Position numbers and translations under genes: made by a program. DNA of 64,000 bases from an uncultured Aliarcobacter sp. (lineage in GTDB: Bacteria; Campylobacterota; Campylobacteria; Campylobacterales; Arcobacteraceae). The notes under the pieces were generated by a model. That model saw only the letters and a list, made by a program, of their open reading frames with translations, was not told the DNA's origin and did no database searches. Positions 30,758 through 42,397 of the stretch are shown piece after piece. The stretch's first letter is position 1; every line of letters begins with the position of its first letter. Where the stretch lies: assembly GCA_963677435.1 (NCBI GenBank), contig OY781945.1, positions 96,001-160,000 on the forward strand, in the 5' to 3' direction.

Positions 30758-32029
30758 ATGAATATTGGACAAGAAATGTACAATTGGGCAGTAGATTTGT
30801 TCCCTATTAACAGAAGTTTATCTGGGAATGGAGTAAGAGAAACATTGCATTATATTAAAAATATAATTCCTGAACTAGATATACTTGAAGTTCCTAGTGG
30901 AACAAAATGTTTTGATTGGACAATCCCAAAAGAATGGAATTGTGATGATGGGTATATTATTGACCCAGATGGGAATAAAATTTGTGATTTTAAGATTAAT
31001 AACTTACATATTGTTGGATATTCTACACCTATTGATAAAGATATTGAATTTGAGGAACTTATAGAACATTTATATTATATAGAGGAACAACCATCTGCAA
31101 TACCATATATCACATCATACTATACAGAAAGATGGGGTTTTTGTTTAACTTTTAATGAATTCAAGAAACTAAAAAGAGGAAGGTATAAAGTTAAAATTAA
31201 TAGCGAATTAAAAAATGGAAACTTAACTTATGGAGAAATTAAATTAAAAGGAAAGAGCGAAAAAGAAATTTTTTTATCTACTTATGTATGTCATCCATCA
31301 ATGGCAAACAATGAATTATCTGGCCCAGTAGTAACAACTGCATTAGTTAATTTTATCAAATTAATCGCAAATAGGGAATACTCATATAGAATAGTATTTA
31401 TTCCTGAAACTATAGGTTCAATTATGTATATTAGTAAAAATCTTGATACTATGAAAAAATATATAATTGCGGGCTTTAATATTACTACTATTGGTGATAA
31501 TAAAAACTATTCTTATCTTCCAACAAGATATGGGAATACATTAGCTGATAAAGTATCTAAACATATTTTACAAAATACGGACTATATTGAATATAGTTTT
31601 TTAGATAGAGGTAGTGATGAAAGACAATATTGTTCTCCCGGAGTAGATTTGCCAATAGCTACAATATGTAGAACTAAATATCATGAGTATCCAGAATATC
31701 ATACTTCATTAGATGATTTAAGTTTTATCTCGCCAGAGGGTTTATATGGAGGATATGATAAAATTAAAAAAGCAATAGAGTTACTTGAATGTAATCAGTA
31801 TTATAAAATAAATGTTTTATGTGAACCTCAATTAGGGAAAAGAGGTTTATATCCAACTATTTCAACAAAAGCTTCTAATGATATTGTTAAAATGATGATG
31901 GATTTTATAGCTTATGCAGATGGTAATAATGACTTAATTGACATTGCAAATATTATTGGTGTTCAAGCAGAGGAACTTTTTGAAATAATAGAAGAAATGA
32001 AAAAAGCAAATTTAATAGATGTTGCATAA
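30758..32029 (+). CDS. DUF4910 aminopeptidase-like protein with C-terminal winged helix (polysaccharide-locus type)
   Basis: LFPINRSLSGNG, CHPSMANNELSG, GSDERQYCSPG, EPQLGKRGLY. Confidence 0.85.
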   Translation: MNIGQEMYNWAVDLFPINRSLSGNGVRETLHYIKNIIPELDILEVPSGTKCFDWTIPKEWNCDDGYIIDPDGNKICDFKINNLHIVGYSTPIDKDIEFEELIEHLYYIEEQPSAIPYITSYYTERWGFCLTFNEFKKLKRGRYKVKINSELKNGNLTYGEIKLKGKSEKEIFLSTYVCHPSMANNELSGPVVTTALVNFIKLIANREYSYRIVFIPETIGSIMYISKNLDTMKKYIIAGFNITTIGDNKNYSYLPTRYGNTLADKVSKHILQNTDYIEYSFLDRGSDERQYCSPGVDLPIATICRTKYHEYPEYHTSLDDLSFISPEGLYGGYDKIKKAIELLECNQYYKINVLCEPQLGKRGLYPTISTKASNDIVKMMMDFIAYADGNNDLIDIANIIGVQAEELFEIIEEMKKANLIDVA

Positions 32030-32042
32030 CTATAATTTTTAA

Positions 32043-32606
32043 TTATAGTAAATGCCCCATTTTCTCTTTTTTTGTCTCTAAATATTCATAATTATATTCA
32101 CAACTATTTATAATAATCGGAACTCTTTTTACTATTTTTGTATATTTTAATGATGTTAATTTCAAAGGATTATTTGTCATTAGTTTTATTTTTTTTATAT
32201 TAAAATGTTTTAAAATTTCATCTACAATTTTGTAATCTCGATAATCTTGTTTGAAACCTAAAAGCTCATTTGCTTTTATTGTGTCATGCCCTAAATCTTG
32301 TAAAGAATATGCATTTACCTTATTAAAAAGTCCAATTCCTCTTCCTTCTTGTCTTAAGTAAATAACCATTCCACCATCTTTTTGAATCTGCTTTAATGCA
32401 AAATCTAACTGTTCGCCACAATCACATTTTAAACTTTTAAAAACATCTCCAGTTAGACACTCTGAATGAATTCTAACGGTTGGAATTGAAGGAAGTGTAT
32501 ATGTAAATATGGCTAAATGTTCTTTATCATTTTGTTTAAAAGATTGTATTTTAAAATCCCCATATGAAGTGGGTAAATTTGCTATTTTTGATATTTCTAT
32601 ATTCAT
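32043..32606 (-). CDS. ribA: GTP cyclohydrolase II
   Basis: VRIHSECLTGDVFKSLKCDCG, QEGRGIGL, LMTNNP, KMGHLL. Confidence 0.95.
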   Translation of the reverse strand: MNIEISKIANLPTSYGDFKIQSFKQNDKEHLAIFTYTLPSIPTVRIHSECLTGDVFKSLKCDCGEQLDFALKQIQKDGGMVIYLRQEGRGIGLFNKVNAYSLQDLGHDTIKANELLGFKQDYRDYKIVDEILKHFNIKKIKLMTNNPLKLTSLKYTKIVKRVPIIINSCEYNYEYLETKKEKMGHLL

Positions 32607-32633
32607 GGCAGAATTTTAACAAAATCTGCTTAT

Positions 32634-32650
32634 ATGCAACTTAGTTGCAT
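32634..32650. promoter_or_regulatory. third GCAAC-N3-GTTGC operator-like palindrome, upstream of ribA
   Basis: ATGCAAC-TTA-GTTGCAT; read on the minus strand, its 13-bp core is identical to the core of the 28133-28165 site. Confidence 0.6.
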
Positions 32651-33261
32651 TAATCTATGCAGTCAGTAGTTGCATTGTCAATTAAAGTTATATACCATTT
32701 ATCATCTATCAGCGTCAAATAAAAAATCATGTTATAAGTAATGGTAACCTCATAGCTTGTTTGTTCAATAAAATCAACTTTTTCTATCTCTTCTTCTTTA
32801 TAACTATTTGGATTTACAATATTAGCTTCTTCCATGATAGGTGTAATCAAAGGTTTTGTTTTAGCATTTAAATAAATTCCCTCTTTATCCCAACCGTATA
32901 AACTATCATCTGAAGTGCTACAATAAAAATTTGCTTTTTCATTTTTTACTTCAAATGAATCTACATCGTTTTTTATTTTAGTTATACTATTTTTATGTTC
33001 AAAGATATTTTTTCCATCTAATTTTGAAACTTCATATAATCCATATTTTGGATTTATATATTTACTGTTTAGTAATGCTAAATTATTTTGTTTAATTAGA
33101 TGCGTAATATTAATCACTTCATTTATCAAAGAAGTTGTTATCTCTTTTTTTTCATAGCTTTTTTTCTTGTTTGGTGTCATTAAATTATTCACAGAACAAG
33201 CTGTAAAGAAAAATGCTAGAAGTAGGAATATTGCTAAATTTACTATTTTACGAAGGTACAT
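32650..33261 (-). CDS. hypothetical lipoprotein
   Basis: Signal peptide with lipobox FTAC. Confidence 0.7.
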   Translation of the reverse strand: MYLRKIVNLAIFLLLAFFFTACSVNNLMTPNKKKSYEKKEITTSLINEVINITHLIKQNNLALLNSKYINPKYGLYEVSKLDGKNIFEHKNSITKIKNDVDSFEVKNEKANFYCSTSDDSLYGWDKEGIYLNAKTKPLITPIMEEANIVNPNSYKEEEIEKVDFIEQTSYEVTITYNMIFYLTLIDDKWYITLIDNATTDCID

Positions 33262-33399
33262 ATATCAATTCACTTATGTTTTTTTCTTTTATATTACATT
33301 TAATTATCTTAAATAATTAATAATTAACTTTAAGAGTTTACTTTAATAATATCTTAGATAAAATAAATGCTTATAATTTAATAATTAGGATTTTATAAA

Positions 33400-34320
33400 A
33401 TGACTGAATCAAAATATATATGGATGGATGGAGAATTTGTAGCTTGGCATGATGCAAAAGTTCATGTATTAAGTCACACTCTTCACTATGGAAATGGTGC
33501 TATTGAAGGTACTAAAGCTTATAAAACAGTAGATGGCAGATGTGCAATTTTTAAACTTAATGAACATACAAAGAGATTATTAAACTCTTCAAAAATGACA
33601 CTTATGAATGTACCTTTTACACTTGAAGAATTAAATAAAGCTCAAATAGAATTACTACAAAAAAATGAATTATTTGAAGGTGCTTATATTCGACCTTTAG
33701 TATATCTAGGTTACGGAGTTATGGGATTATATCATAAAGATGCACCTGTAAAAGTAAGTGTATCTGCATGGGAATGGGGAGCTTATTTAGGTGAAGAAGG
33801 TCTTAAAAAAGGTGTTAGAGTAAAAATATCATCAATGACAAGAACTCCAAATACTTCAGGAATGGGAAAAGCAAAAGCAGTTGCAAATTACCTTAACTCT
33901 CAAATGGCAAAATTTGAAGCAGTTGAAGCTGGATATGATGAAGCCTTGTTAAGAGATGACCAAGGTTATATCGCAGAAGCAAGTGGCGCTTGTTTCTTTA
34001 TCGTTAGAGATGGAGCATTAATTACTCCTCCAAATGATAATTCACTTGAATCAATTACACAAGCTACTGTTATTGATTTGGCTTCTGATATGGGAATTCC
34101 AGTTATTAGAAGAAGAATTTCTAGAGAAGAAGTTTATATAGCTGATGAAGCATTCTTCACAGGAACTGCTGCTGAAATAACTCCAATTAGAGATGTTGAT
34201 GCAAGAGTTATAGGTTGTGGATCAAGAGGTCCAATTACAGAAAAAATACAATCAGCATACTTTGATGTAGTTGCTGGTAAAAATGAAAAATATATTAAGT
34301 ATTTAACATATGTTAACTAA
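33400..34320 (+). CDS. ilvE: branched-chain amino acid aminotransferase
   Basis: HTLHYGNGAIEG, AYIRP, AKAVANY, EAFFTGTAAEITP. Confidence 0.95.
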   Translation: MTESKYIWMDGEFVAWHDAKVHVLSHTLHYGNGAIEGTKAYKTVDGRCAIFKLNEHTKRLLNSSKMTLMNVPFTLEELNKAQIELLQKNELFEGAYIRPLVYLGYGVMGLYHKDAPVKVSVSAWEWGAYLGEEGLKKGVRVKISSMTRTPNTSGMGKAKAVANYLNSQMAKFEAVEAGYDEALLRDDQGYIAEASGACFFIVRDGALITPPNDNSLESITQATVIDLASDMGIPVIRRRISREEVYIADEAFFTGTAAEITPIRDVDARVIGCGSRGPITEKIQSAYFDVVAGKNEKYIKYLTYVN

Positions 34321-34366
34321 TATTGAGTAACATAAATTTAATTAGATATTTAAAACAAGGAAAAAT

Positions 34367-35449
34367 ATGCCAATAGATAACGATTATTTTAAGAACAGAC
34401 AACAGAACAACGGTGGTGGGAACAATAATAATGGTGGTGGTGGAAATTTCCAACCTCCTTTTGAAACACCTGAATTTTTTAAAAACTTTGGGAAAAAAGC
34501 TGGAATGCTTTATGTGGTTATCATAATTATTGGTGCACTTTTTATTTTTAAACCATTTGTGATTATTGAATCTGGACAAGTTGGTATTATTGCAACAACT
34601 GGTAAATATGATAAAACACCATTAAATCCAGGTTTTCATTTATATATACCTGTTTTTCAAAAAGTTATTATAGTTGATACAAAAATTAGATTATTAAACT
34701 ATAGAAGTGTTGAAGAAATGAGTGGATTTGACCCTGGAATTAAAATTAATCCTGCAATTAATATTCTTGATGCAAGAGGATTACCTGTTTCTATTGAACT
34801 TACTGTTCAATATAAATTAATCGCAGATGGAGCACCAGAGACAATTGCTACATGGGGATTATCATGGGAAGATAAAATTGTAAATCCTGTTGTAAGAAAT
34901 GTTGTAAGAAATGTTGTAGGTGGATTTAATGCTGAAGATTTACCAACAAAAAGAAATGAAATTGCAACTATGATTGAATTAGATATCAAAAAACAAGTTT
35001 CTGAATTAGCAAAAGGTTCTGTATCAATTGAATCTGTTCAATTAAGAGAAATTGTTTTACCTGCAAAAATCAAAGAGCAAATTGAAAGAGTTCAAATTGC
35101 AAACCAAGAATCTGAAAGAGTAAGATACGAAGTTTTAAGAGCTAAACAAGAAGCTGAAAAAAGAGCAGCTCAAGCAACTGGTGAAGCTGAAGCTAAAAGA
35201 ATTGAAGCACAAGGTAGAGCAGATGCTGTAACGATTGAAGCAAAAGCACAATCTGTTGCAAATAAAACAATTGCTGAGTCTTTAACACCTGCATTATTAC
35301 AAATGCAACAAATTGAAGTTCAAGGTAGATTTAATGATGCATTAAAAGAAAATAAAGATGCTAAAATTTTCTTAACTCCTGGTGGTTCAACTCCAAATAT
35401 TTGGGTTGATACTAAAGATAAATCAAGAGATTCATCTATTAACAAATAA
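34367..35449 (+). CDS. SPFH/band 7 (prohibitin-family) protein
   Basis: TM segment followed by an SPFH domain and an EAEA-rich coiled coil. Confidence 0.88.
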   Translation: MPIDNDYFKNRQQNNGGGNNNNGGGGNFQPPFETPEFFKNFGKKAGMLYVVIIIIGALFIFKPFVIIESGQVGIIATTGKYDKTPLNPGFHLYIPVFQKVIIVDTKIRLLNYRSVEEMSGFDPGIKINPAINILDARGLPVSIELTVQYKLIADGAPETIATWGLSWEDKIVNPVVRNVVRNVVGGFNAEDLPTKRNEIATMIELDIKKQVSELAKGSVSIESVQLREIVLPAKIKEQIERVQIANQESERVRYEVLRAKQEAEKRAAQATGEAEAKRIEAQGRADAVTIEAKAQSVANKTIAESLTPALLQMQQIEVQGRFNDALKENKDAKIFLTPGGSTPNIWVDTKDKSRDSSINK

Positions 35450-35452
35450 TTT

Positions 35453-35478
35453 AAATAGAGTAGGAAACTACTCTATTT
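35453..35478 (+). terminator. rho-independent terminator
   Basis: AAATAGAGTAG-gaaa-CTACTCTATTT. Confidence 0.7.
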
Positions 35479-35484
35479 TACTCA

Positions 35485-35904
35485 ATGAAAAAAATACTTA
35501 TATTTCTTATCTTTATTATTCTTTTATTCTTTTTTTCTTTACCCACAGATAATGTAAATAAAGAAGAGTTAAAACTAAATAAAGAAAAAAATAAAATCAC
35601 AAAAGAGACCACTCCTACAATAATAGAAAATAATACTCCTCCTTCAACTAAAAAAGAAGAAGCAAAAAAAATAATAAAAACTCCTATAAAAAAAGAAGAA
35701 GTTAAAATCAATTTAAATCCAGAAATTACAATAAGTAGAGAAAAAGATAGATATAAAAAAGAGAAATACAAAGAACCAAAATCTATTAAAGAAGTGCATG
35801 AAGAGAAAATAAAAGAAGATTTAGAGATGAATTTTGGTATAAGTATCGATAAAGAAAAAAAAGCAATAGATTCAATTAAACTAGATTTACAAAAAAAATT
35901 TTAA
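35485..35904 (+). CDS. hypothetical exported, Lys/Glu-rich protein
   Basis: N-terminal hydrophobic segment; 139 aa. Confidence 0.6.
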   Translation: MKKILIFLIFIILLFFFSLPTDNVNKEELKLNKEKNKITKETTPTIIENNTPPSTKKEEAKKIIKTPIKKEEVKINLNPEITISREKDRYKKEKYKEPKSIKEVHEEKIKEDLEMNFGISIDKEKKAIDSIKLDLQKKF

Positions 35905-35913
35905 GGCTAAGAG

Positions 35914-36597
35914 ATGGAAATATTAAATAAGGTTGACTGGGAAAAAATGGAAGGATTGATTCCTGTTATTACACAAGATGCGACGACAAATGAAGTTTTA
36001 ATGCTTGCATACATGAATAAAGAGGCTCTTGAATTAACAATTAAAACAAACTATGCTCATTATTTTAGTAGAAGTAAACAACGAATTTGGAAAAAAGGTG
36101 AAAGTTCAAACCATCTTCAAGAAATTGTAGAAATTTTAATCGATTGTGATAATGATACTTTACTTTTAAAAGTAAATCAAGCAGGTGTTGCTTGTCATAC
36201 AGGAAGAAAATCTTGTTTCTTTACGAATCTCGCTACAAATGAAACAATAAGTGATGTTCAAATTGATACAACATCTGCTTATGGAGTTATTGATACTTTA
36301 TATCACACAATTCAAGAGAAAAAAAATGATGATCCAACAAAATCATATACAGCAAAACTTCTTCAAGGTAAACAAAACTCAATGCTTAAAAAAATTGTTG
36401 AAGAATCAGGTGAATTTACTTTTGCAATAAAAGATAATGACACAGAAGAAATCATTTATGAAGCAGCTGATATTACATACCATGTTTTAGTTGCACTTGC
36501 ATCTAAAAATATAAGTCCAGATAGAGTTAAACAAGAGTTAGCTAGAAGATTTGGAATTTCAGGGATTGAAGAGAAAAATTCAAGAACAGATAAATAA
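35914..36597 (+). CDS. hisIE: bifunctional phosphoribosyl-AMP cyclohydrolase / phosphoribosyl-ATP pyrophosphatase
   Basis: WKKGESS, DCDNDTLL, ACHTGRKSCF, SYTAKL, EAAD. Confidence 0.95.
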   Translation: MEILNKVDWEKMEGLIPVITQDATTNEVLMLAYMNKEALELTIKTNYAHYFSRSKQRIWKKGESSNHLQEIVEILIDCDNDTLLLKVNQAGVACHTGRKSCFFTNLATNETISDVQIDTTSAYGVIDTLYHTIQEKKNDDPTKSYTAKLLQGKQNSMLKKIVEESGEFTFAIKDNDTEEIIYEAADITYHVLVALASKNISPDRVKQELARRFGISGIEEKNSRTDK

Positions 36598-36632
36598 AAA
36601 GAGCTAAAAACTCTTTTTATCTTTAAAAAAAC

Positions 36633-37823
36633 TTAGTGGCAACCACATCCAGTTCCACAACTTCCTGATGAAGCTTGTTTCTGTGCTTTTTCATGCTCAG
36701 CTTTTATTTTTTGACCTTCAGTTGAACAAGCACTTACACCTGCTGGCATAATTGGTTGAATTGCTGAGTTACTGATATTATCATCAATACTTGCTAAAAA
36801 CTGAATTAATTTATCAGCTGCAATCATATATCTTTTTGCAGAAACTGATTCAGGATTGAAGTAAACTACAGGTTTTCCAGCATCTCCACCTTCTCTAATA
36901 GCTGGTTCAATTGGTAAATTTGCTAATACTTGCGTATTATATTGAACTGCAAGTTCTTCACATGTTCCCATTCCAAAAATATCAGATTCAGTATTACATG
37001 AAGGACAAACAAATCCGCTCATATTTTCAACAATTCCAGCAACTGGAATATGTAGTTTTTTGAACATATCTAAAGATCTTCTTGAATCATCAAGAGCAAC
37101 ATGTTGAGGAGTAGTAACATTAATTCCAGCACTTACAGGTACACTTTGAGCTAATGTTAATTGAGCATCACCCGTTCCTGGAGGCATATCAATAAATAAA
37201 ATATCTAACTCTTCCCATAAAATATCTCTTAAAAGTTGTTGGATTGCTTTCATAATCATAGCACCTCTCCAAATAAGAGCTTGACCTTCTTCCATTAACA
37301 TACCCATTGACATAACATCAACACCATAAGCATTTAAAGGTTTTGCTTTATCTCCAACAATTTCTACTTCTTTACCTTGTAAACCCATCATACGAGGGAT
37401 ATTTGGTCCATAAATGTCAGCATCAAGGATACCAACTCTTTTACCTTGCATTGCAGCTGCAACTGCTAAGTTTACAGTTGTAGTTGATTTACCAACTCCA
37501 CCTTTTCCTGAACTTACCATTACAACTTTTTTGATTTGTGGTGCAATATTTTTACCACTTACACTATTACTTGATTGTTTTTGCTCTTGAGGTTTATTAA
37601 AATTCAGCGTTACATTCATTCCAATAGTACTTAATGCTGCTGTAATTTCTTTTCTTAGTTGAGCTTCAACTTCAGGAGCAGTTGATGTAATATCAAGTAC
37701 AACTAAACAGTCTGTTCCATTTACTTGAATATCTTTTACAAATCCAAACTCTACTATTGATTTTGCAAAACCTGGATATTTAATATTTTCTAATTCTTTT
37801 TTAATATTTTCTACATTTGCCAT
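36633..37823 (-). CDS. mrp: Mrp/NBP35 (ApbC) iron-sulfur cluster carrier ATPase
   Basis: SGKGGVGKST, DADIYGPN, DMPPGTGD, ENMSGFVCPSC. Confidence 0.93.
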   Translation of the reverse strand: MANVENIKKELENIKYPGFAKSIVEFGFVKDIQVNGTDCLVVLDITSTAPEVEAQLRKEITAALSTIGMNVTLNFNKPQEQKQSSNSVSGKNIAPQIKKVVMVSSGKGGVGKSTTTVNLAVAAAMQGKRVGILDADIYGPNIPRMMGLQGKEVEIVGDKAKPLNAYGVDVMSMGMLMEEGQALIWRGAMIMKAIQQLLRDILWEELDILFIDMPPGTGDAQLTLAQSVPVSAGINVTTPQHVALDDSRRSLDMFKKLHIPVAGIVENMSGFVCPSCNTESDIFGMGTCEELAVQYNTQVLANLPIEPAIREGGDAGKPVVYFNPESVSAKRYMIAADKLIQFLASIDDNISNSAIQPIMPAGVSACSTEGQKIKAEHEKAQKQASSGSCGTGCGCH

Positions 37824-37970
37824 ATAAAATTTCCTTTAATATTTACTAACGATTGCATTATAATTTAAATAGGATAATTATTATCTTAATTAATTATACT
37901 ATAAAGTATTTTAGCTAAAGAATAAAAAGAATAAAGAATAAATATGATAGAAAAATGAGAAATTTACAAA

Positions 37971-38001
37971 AATAGTAGATACAAATTTTGTATCTACTAT
38001 T
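37971..38001 (-). terminator. hairpin downstream of thiC
   Basis: AATAGTAGATACAAA-T-TTTGTATCTACTATT; T-run on the minus strand. Confidence 0.7.
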
Positions 38002-38012
38002 AAAAAGAGAGA

Positions 38013-39380
<1,368 letters not shown>

Positions 39381-39512
39381 TTATTATATTTGAATTGTAA
39401 ATCGATTATAGCTAAAAATATTTACAGAACAATAATTACTTTCATTAATTTGTAATTATTATTTGTATAAGTTTCTTTTCTATATAATAAATGTAAATAT
39501 ATACTAGGAGTA

Positions 39513-41504
39513 ATGATGATTAGTAATAAAGATTCTAATAACTCCCCAACTTTTAGTTTTTATAGCAAAAAAGAGTTGGCACAAAAAGATAGTATAAAAC
39601 AAATAGATTTAATCTTAGAAAAATATAACATCTTAGAAAATGACAATCAATTAATAAGTTCTTTTGAAAAAAATGTTTTATATATTATTAATTATATAGA
39701 AGTATTATTCATCAAAAGAGTACCTATCCCTGAAGATATTGAAGATTTATTTCTAAATAACCCTTCATTAAAAGAGAATGTAAATCTTTTTATTGAAAAA
39801 AAACTACTTAATTTAACAAAAAAAGACTCTTTGTATTTTTTTAAAGATATAAATATTATGTTACATATTTTATCTATTGGTACAAATGAAAAAATCATAG
39901 AATCATATAATAATTACAATTTTGATAGTACATCTAATCTTTTTAGATTTTACGAAAATAGATTAAAAGAGTTGTTTTTAACTAATAAAGAGCTCTTTTG
40001 TTTATCTTTTGATTCTTATATAATTTTATTAAGAACTATAACCCAACTATGTAATTTTAATTCAATTGATGAAATTGCCAAAAAAAGTATTAAATTCTTT
40101 ATTGAATTAATGACAGAATCAATTAATATTTTAAAATTTAATATTTTACTAGATAAAAATCAGTTAAATAAATTAAATAATATTCAAGGAAAATATCTAT
40201 ATTATTTTTCATATATTGAAAATATACCATTTGATACTAATGATTTAAAAACAACTTTTGAAAACTATTTTTTAACCCTTGAAAGACATGAAGCTGGATA
40301 TGTAATCTCCTCTGAGAGTAATTTTGGTGATGAAACACAAAATTTAGATTCTCAAGAATTTTTAATATATAAAAAGAATTCTTCTGTCTTAATTTTAAAA
40401 TTGATAAAAGATTTAAAAGCTAATATTAATGAAGAATTATATTTTAAAGAAGAAGATTTTCAAAGGATTCTAAGATTTTACTACAAAAAATTTAGTCTTT
40501 ATCATTCAAATGATGATATAGCTGAAAATTTAGATATTTTTCAAAAAGATCTCTTAAATACACTTTTATTAAATTATCATATTAATCAGGATTTTAAAAA
40601 ACAACTTGATTATCATTTTATTATTGATGATTTCATATTTTCACAAGAGATTTTGACTAATACAAATATTGAAATTATTTTCCAGCTTCTATATTTTACT
40701 GATGATATCGCTTTATATAAATATCATCTAATTTCACAGATTCTTGTGCAACATAATCCTATAAAGAATGATTATCACGAATATTTTAAATTAGCAATTT
40801 TTGATTTATGTGTAAATAAGTCTATTCATATCAAATATAATACAGATTTAGAAAATGTTCTAAAAAAAATATTTACCTATGTAGATAACTACAAAATTGC
40901 ATCTCATCTTTTATCAGTTTACTCTAAAATTTATTTAAGTCTCAGTCTTTTTTACTCAGAAAATCAAATTAATATTGATAAGGCAAAAAAATTATATGCT
41001 AGCTTTATTCAAATAAATGGCTTAGAAATTCTAGAAAATGAGTACAATGAAATAAATCTTAAAATTTTGTCTAATATTCAACATTCTAAAGATTTTATTT
41101 TAAATGAATTTTTTGAAAATAAAAATCGTGAATTAAAAAATGAACTTGAGTCAATTAAAAACAGAATCGATAAAAATATTTCATCAAATGAGATGAAAAC
41201 TTTATTATCAATTTTTATTTCAAATGATATCTTTCATGGTGTATGTGAGACTGTTATTGTTGAATATGAAGAAAAGTTAGCTACATTAGATGCAGGATTT
41301 GAAGAATATCAAATAATTTTACCAAAGTATATAATTAGGCTAATTTTTACATCTGTTTATAAAAATAATTTTTTATCAATTTTTGATAATTATAAATCTT
41401 TTCTAGAAAATGATCTTTGCTCTATTCTCAATGATTTTAAAGAAAAAAATAAAAAATTCAGCATTCTTATTGATGATGAAGATGAAATTGAAATAAACTA
41501 TTAA
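39513..41504 (+). CDS. hypothetical protein
   Basis: 663-aa ORF with an AGGAG RBS and no recognised motif. Confidence 0.7.
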   Translation: MMISNKDSNNSPTFSFYSKKELAQKDSIKQIDLILEKYNILENDNQLISSFEKNVLYIINYIEVLFIKRVPIPEDIEDLFLNNPSLKENVNLFIEKKLLNLTKKDSLYFFKDINIMLHILSIGTNEKIIESYNNYNFDSTSNLFRFYENRLKELFLTNKELFCLSFDSYIILLRTITQLCNFNSIDEIAKKSIKFFIELMTESINILKFNILLDKNQLNKLNNIQGKYLYYFSYIENIPFDTNDLKTTFENYFLTLERHEAGYVISSESNFGDETQNLDSQEFLIYKKNSSVLILKLIKDLKANINEELYFKEEDFQRILRFYYKKFSLYHSNDDIAENLDIFQKDLLNTLLLNYHINQDFKKQLDYHFIIDDFIFSQEILTNTNIEIIFQLLYFTDDIALYKYHLISQILVQHNPIKNDYHEYFKLAIFDLCVNKSIHIKYNTDLENVLKKIFTYVDNYKIASHLLSVYSKIYLSLSLFYSENQINIDKAKKLYASFIQINGLEILENEYNEINLKILSNIQHSKDFILNEFFENKNRELKNELESIKNRIDKNISSNEMKTLLSIFISNDIFHGVCETVIVEYEEKLATLDAGFEEYQIILPKYIIRLIFTSVYKNNFLSIFDNYKSFLENDLCSILNDFKEKNKKFSILIDDEDEIEINY

Positions 41505-41519
41505 TAATATAGGGAAATA

Positions 41520-42341
41520 ATGAAAAAAGATTTAATAGAAGAGATAAATTCTTTACCTCCTCTTCCAGCAAGTGTAATTGAACTTGATAAATATAGAAAC
41601 ATAAAAAATACAGATATTAAAAATCTAATTTCTATTATTGAAAAAGATCCATTAATGGTGGTAACTATTCTAAAAATAGCTAATTCAAGTATGTTTGGAT
41701 TTAAGAGTAAAATTGAAACACTAAGTAGAGCTATAAATTTACTTGGTACAAATTTCACATTAACTGTTGCAATTGGTTATGCAATGCAAAATACAATTCA
41801 TAGTAATTTATTAGCATATGCTGTAAAAAATGAAGACTTTTTATTTATTAGTTCATTAGCAACAAATATCGTAAATACTTGGGTTTCAAAAATTGATTTC
41901 GATTTAAAAAATGAATTACTTTTACCTGCTTTTTTACAAGAGGTTGGGAAATTTATAATTTCACAAGTAATACAAAAAAATAGAAAATCGGAAGAATTCT
42001 TAATTGAATTAGAAGAAACAAGAGATACGACCTATTGTGAAAAAAAATATACTGGTTATAGCTGCGCTAGAATAACTGCAAATATATTTAAACAATGGGA
42101 TATAAGTCCTAATATAATTATTCCTATTGCCTTTACTGATGACATTGTTTCTTGCCCAATTGAATTTAGAACTAAAGCTCAGATTTTAGAAATCATTAAA
42201 ATATTATGTGACATTCGTTATCCACTAAGTGACAAAAATATTGAAAAGGCTTTAAATAAAGTATCTATGTATAATTTCGATATTGAGCATTTTTTAAACT
42301 CAATAGATGTTATAAAAGAAGTACTTACACAAAATTCTTAA
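41520..42341 (+). CDS. HDOD domain protein
   Basis: SLPPLP, IEKDP...ILKIANS, AINLLG. Confidence 0.88.
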   Translation: MKKDLIEEINSLPPLPASVIELDKYRNIKNTDIKNLISIIEKDPLMVVTILKIANSSMFGFKSKIETLSRAINLLGTNFTLTVAIGYAMQNTIHSNLLAYAVKNEDFLFISSLATNIVNTWVSKIDFDLKNELLLPAFLQEVGKFIISQVIQKNRKSEEFLIELEETRDTTYCEKKYTGYSCARITANIFKQWDISPNIIIPIAFTDDIVSCPIEFRTKAQILEIIKILCDIRYPLSDKNIEKALNKVSMYNFDIEHFLNSIDVIKEVLTQNS

Positions 42342-42397
42342 CTTATGCATAAGTAACTATATACTATAATCTGTAACTTTTTTACACAAAGGGGATT

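Noticed and set aside
34400..34446. Asn/Gly-rich low-complexity stretch (NNGGGNNNNGGGGN)
   Set aside because: An ordinary N-terminal linker of the SPFH protein, not a separate repeat element.
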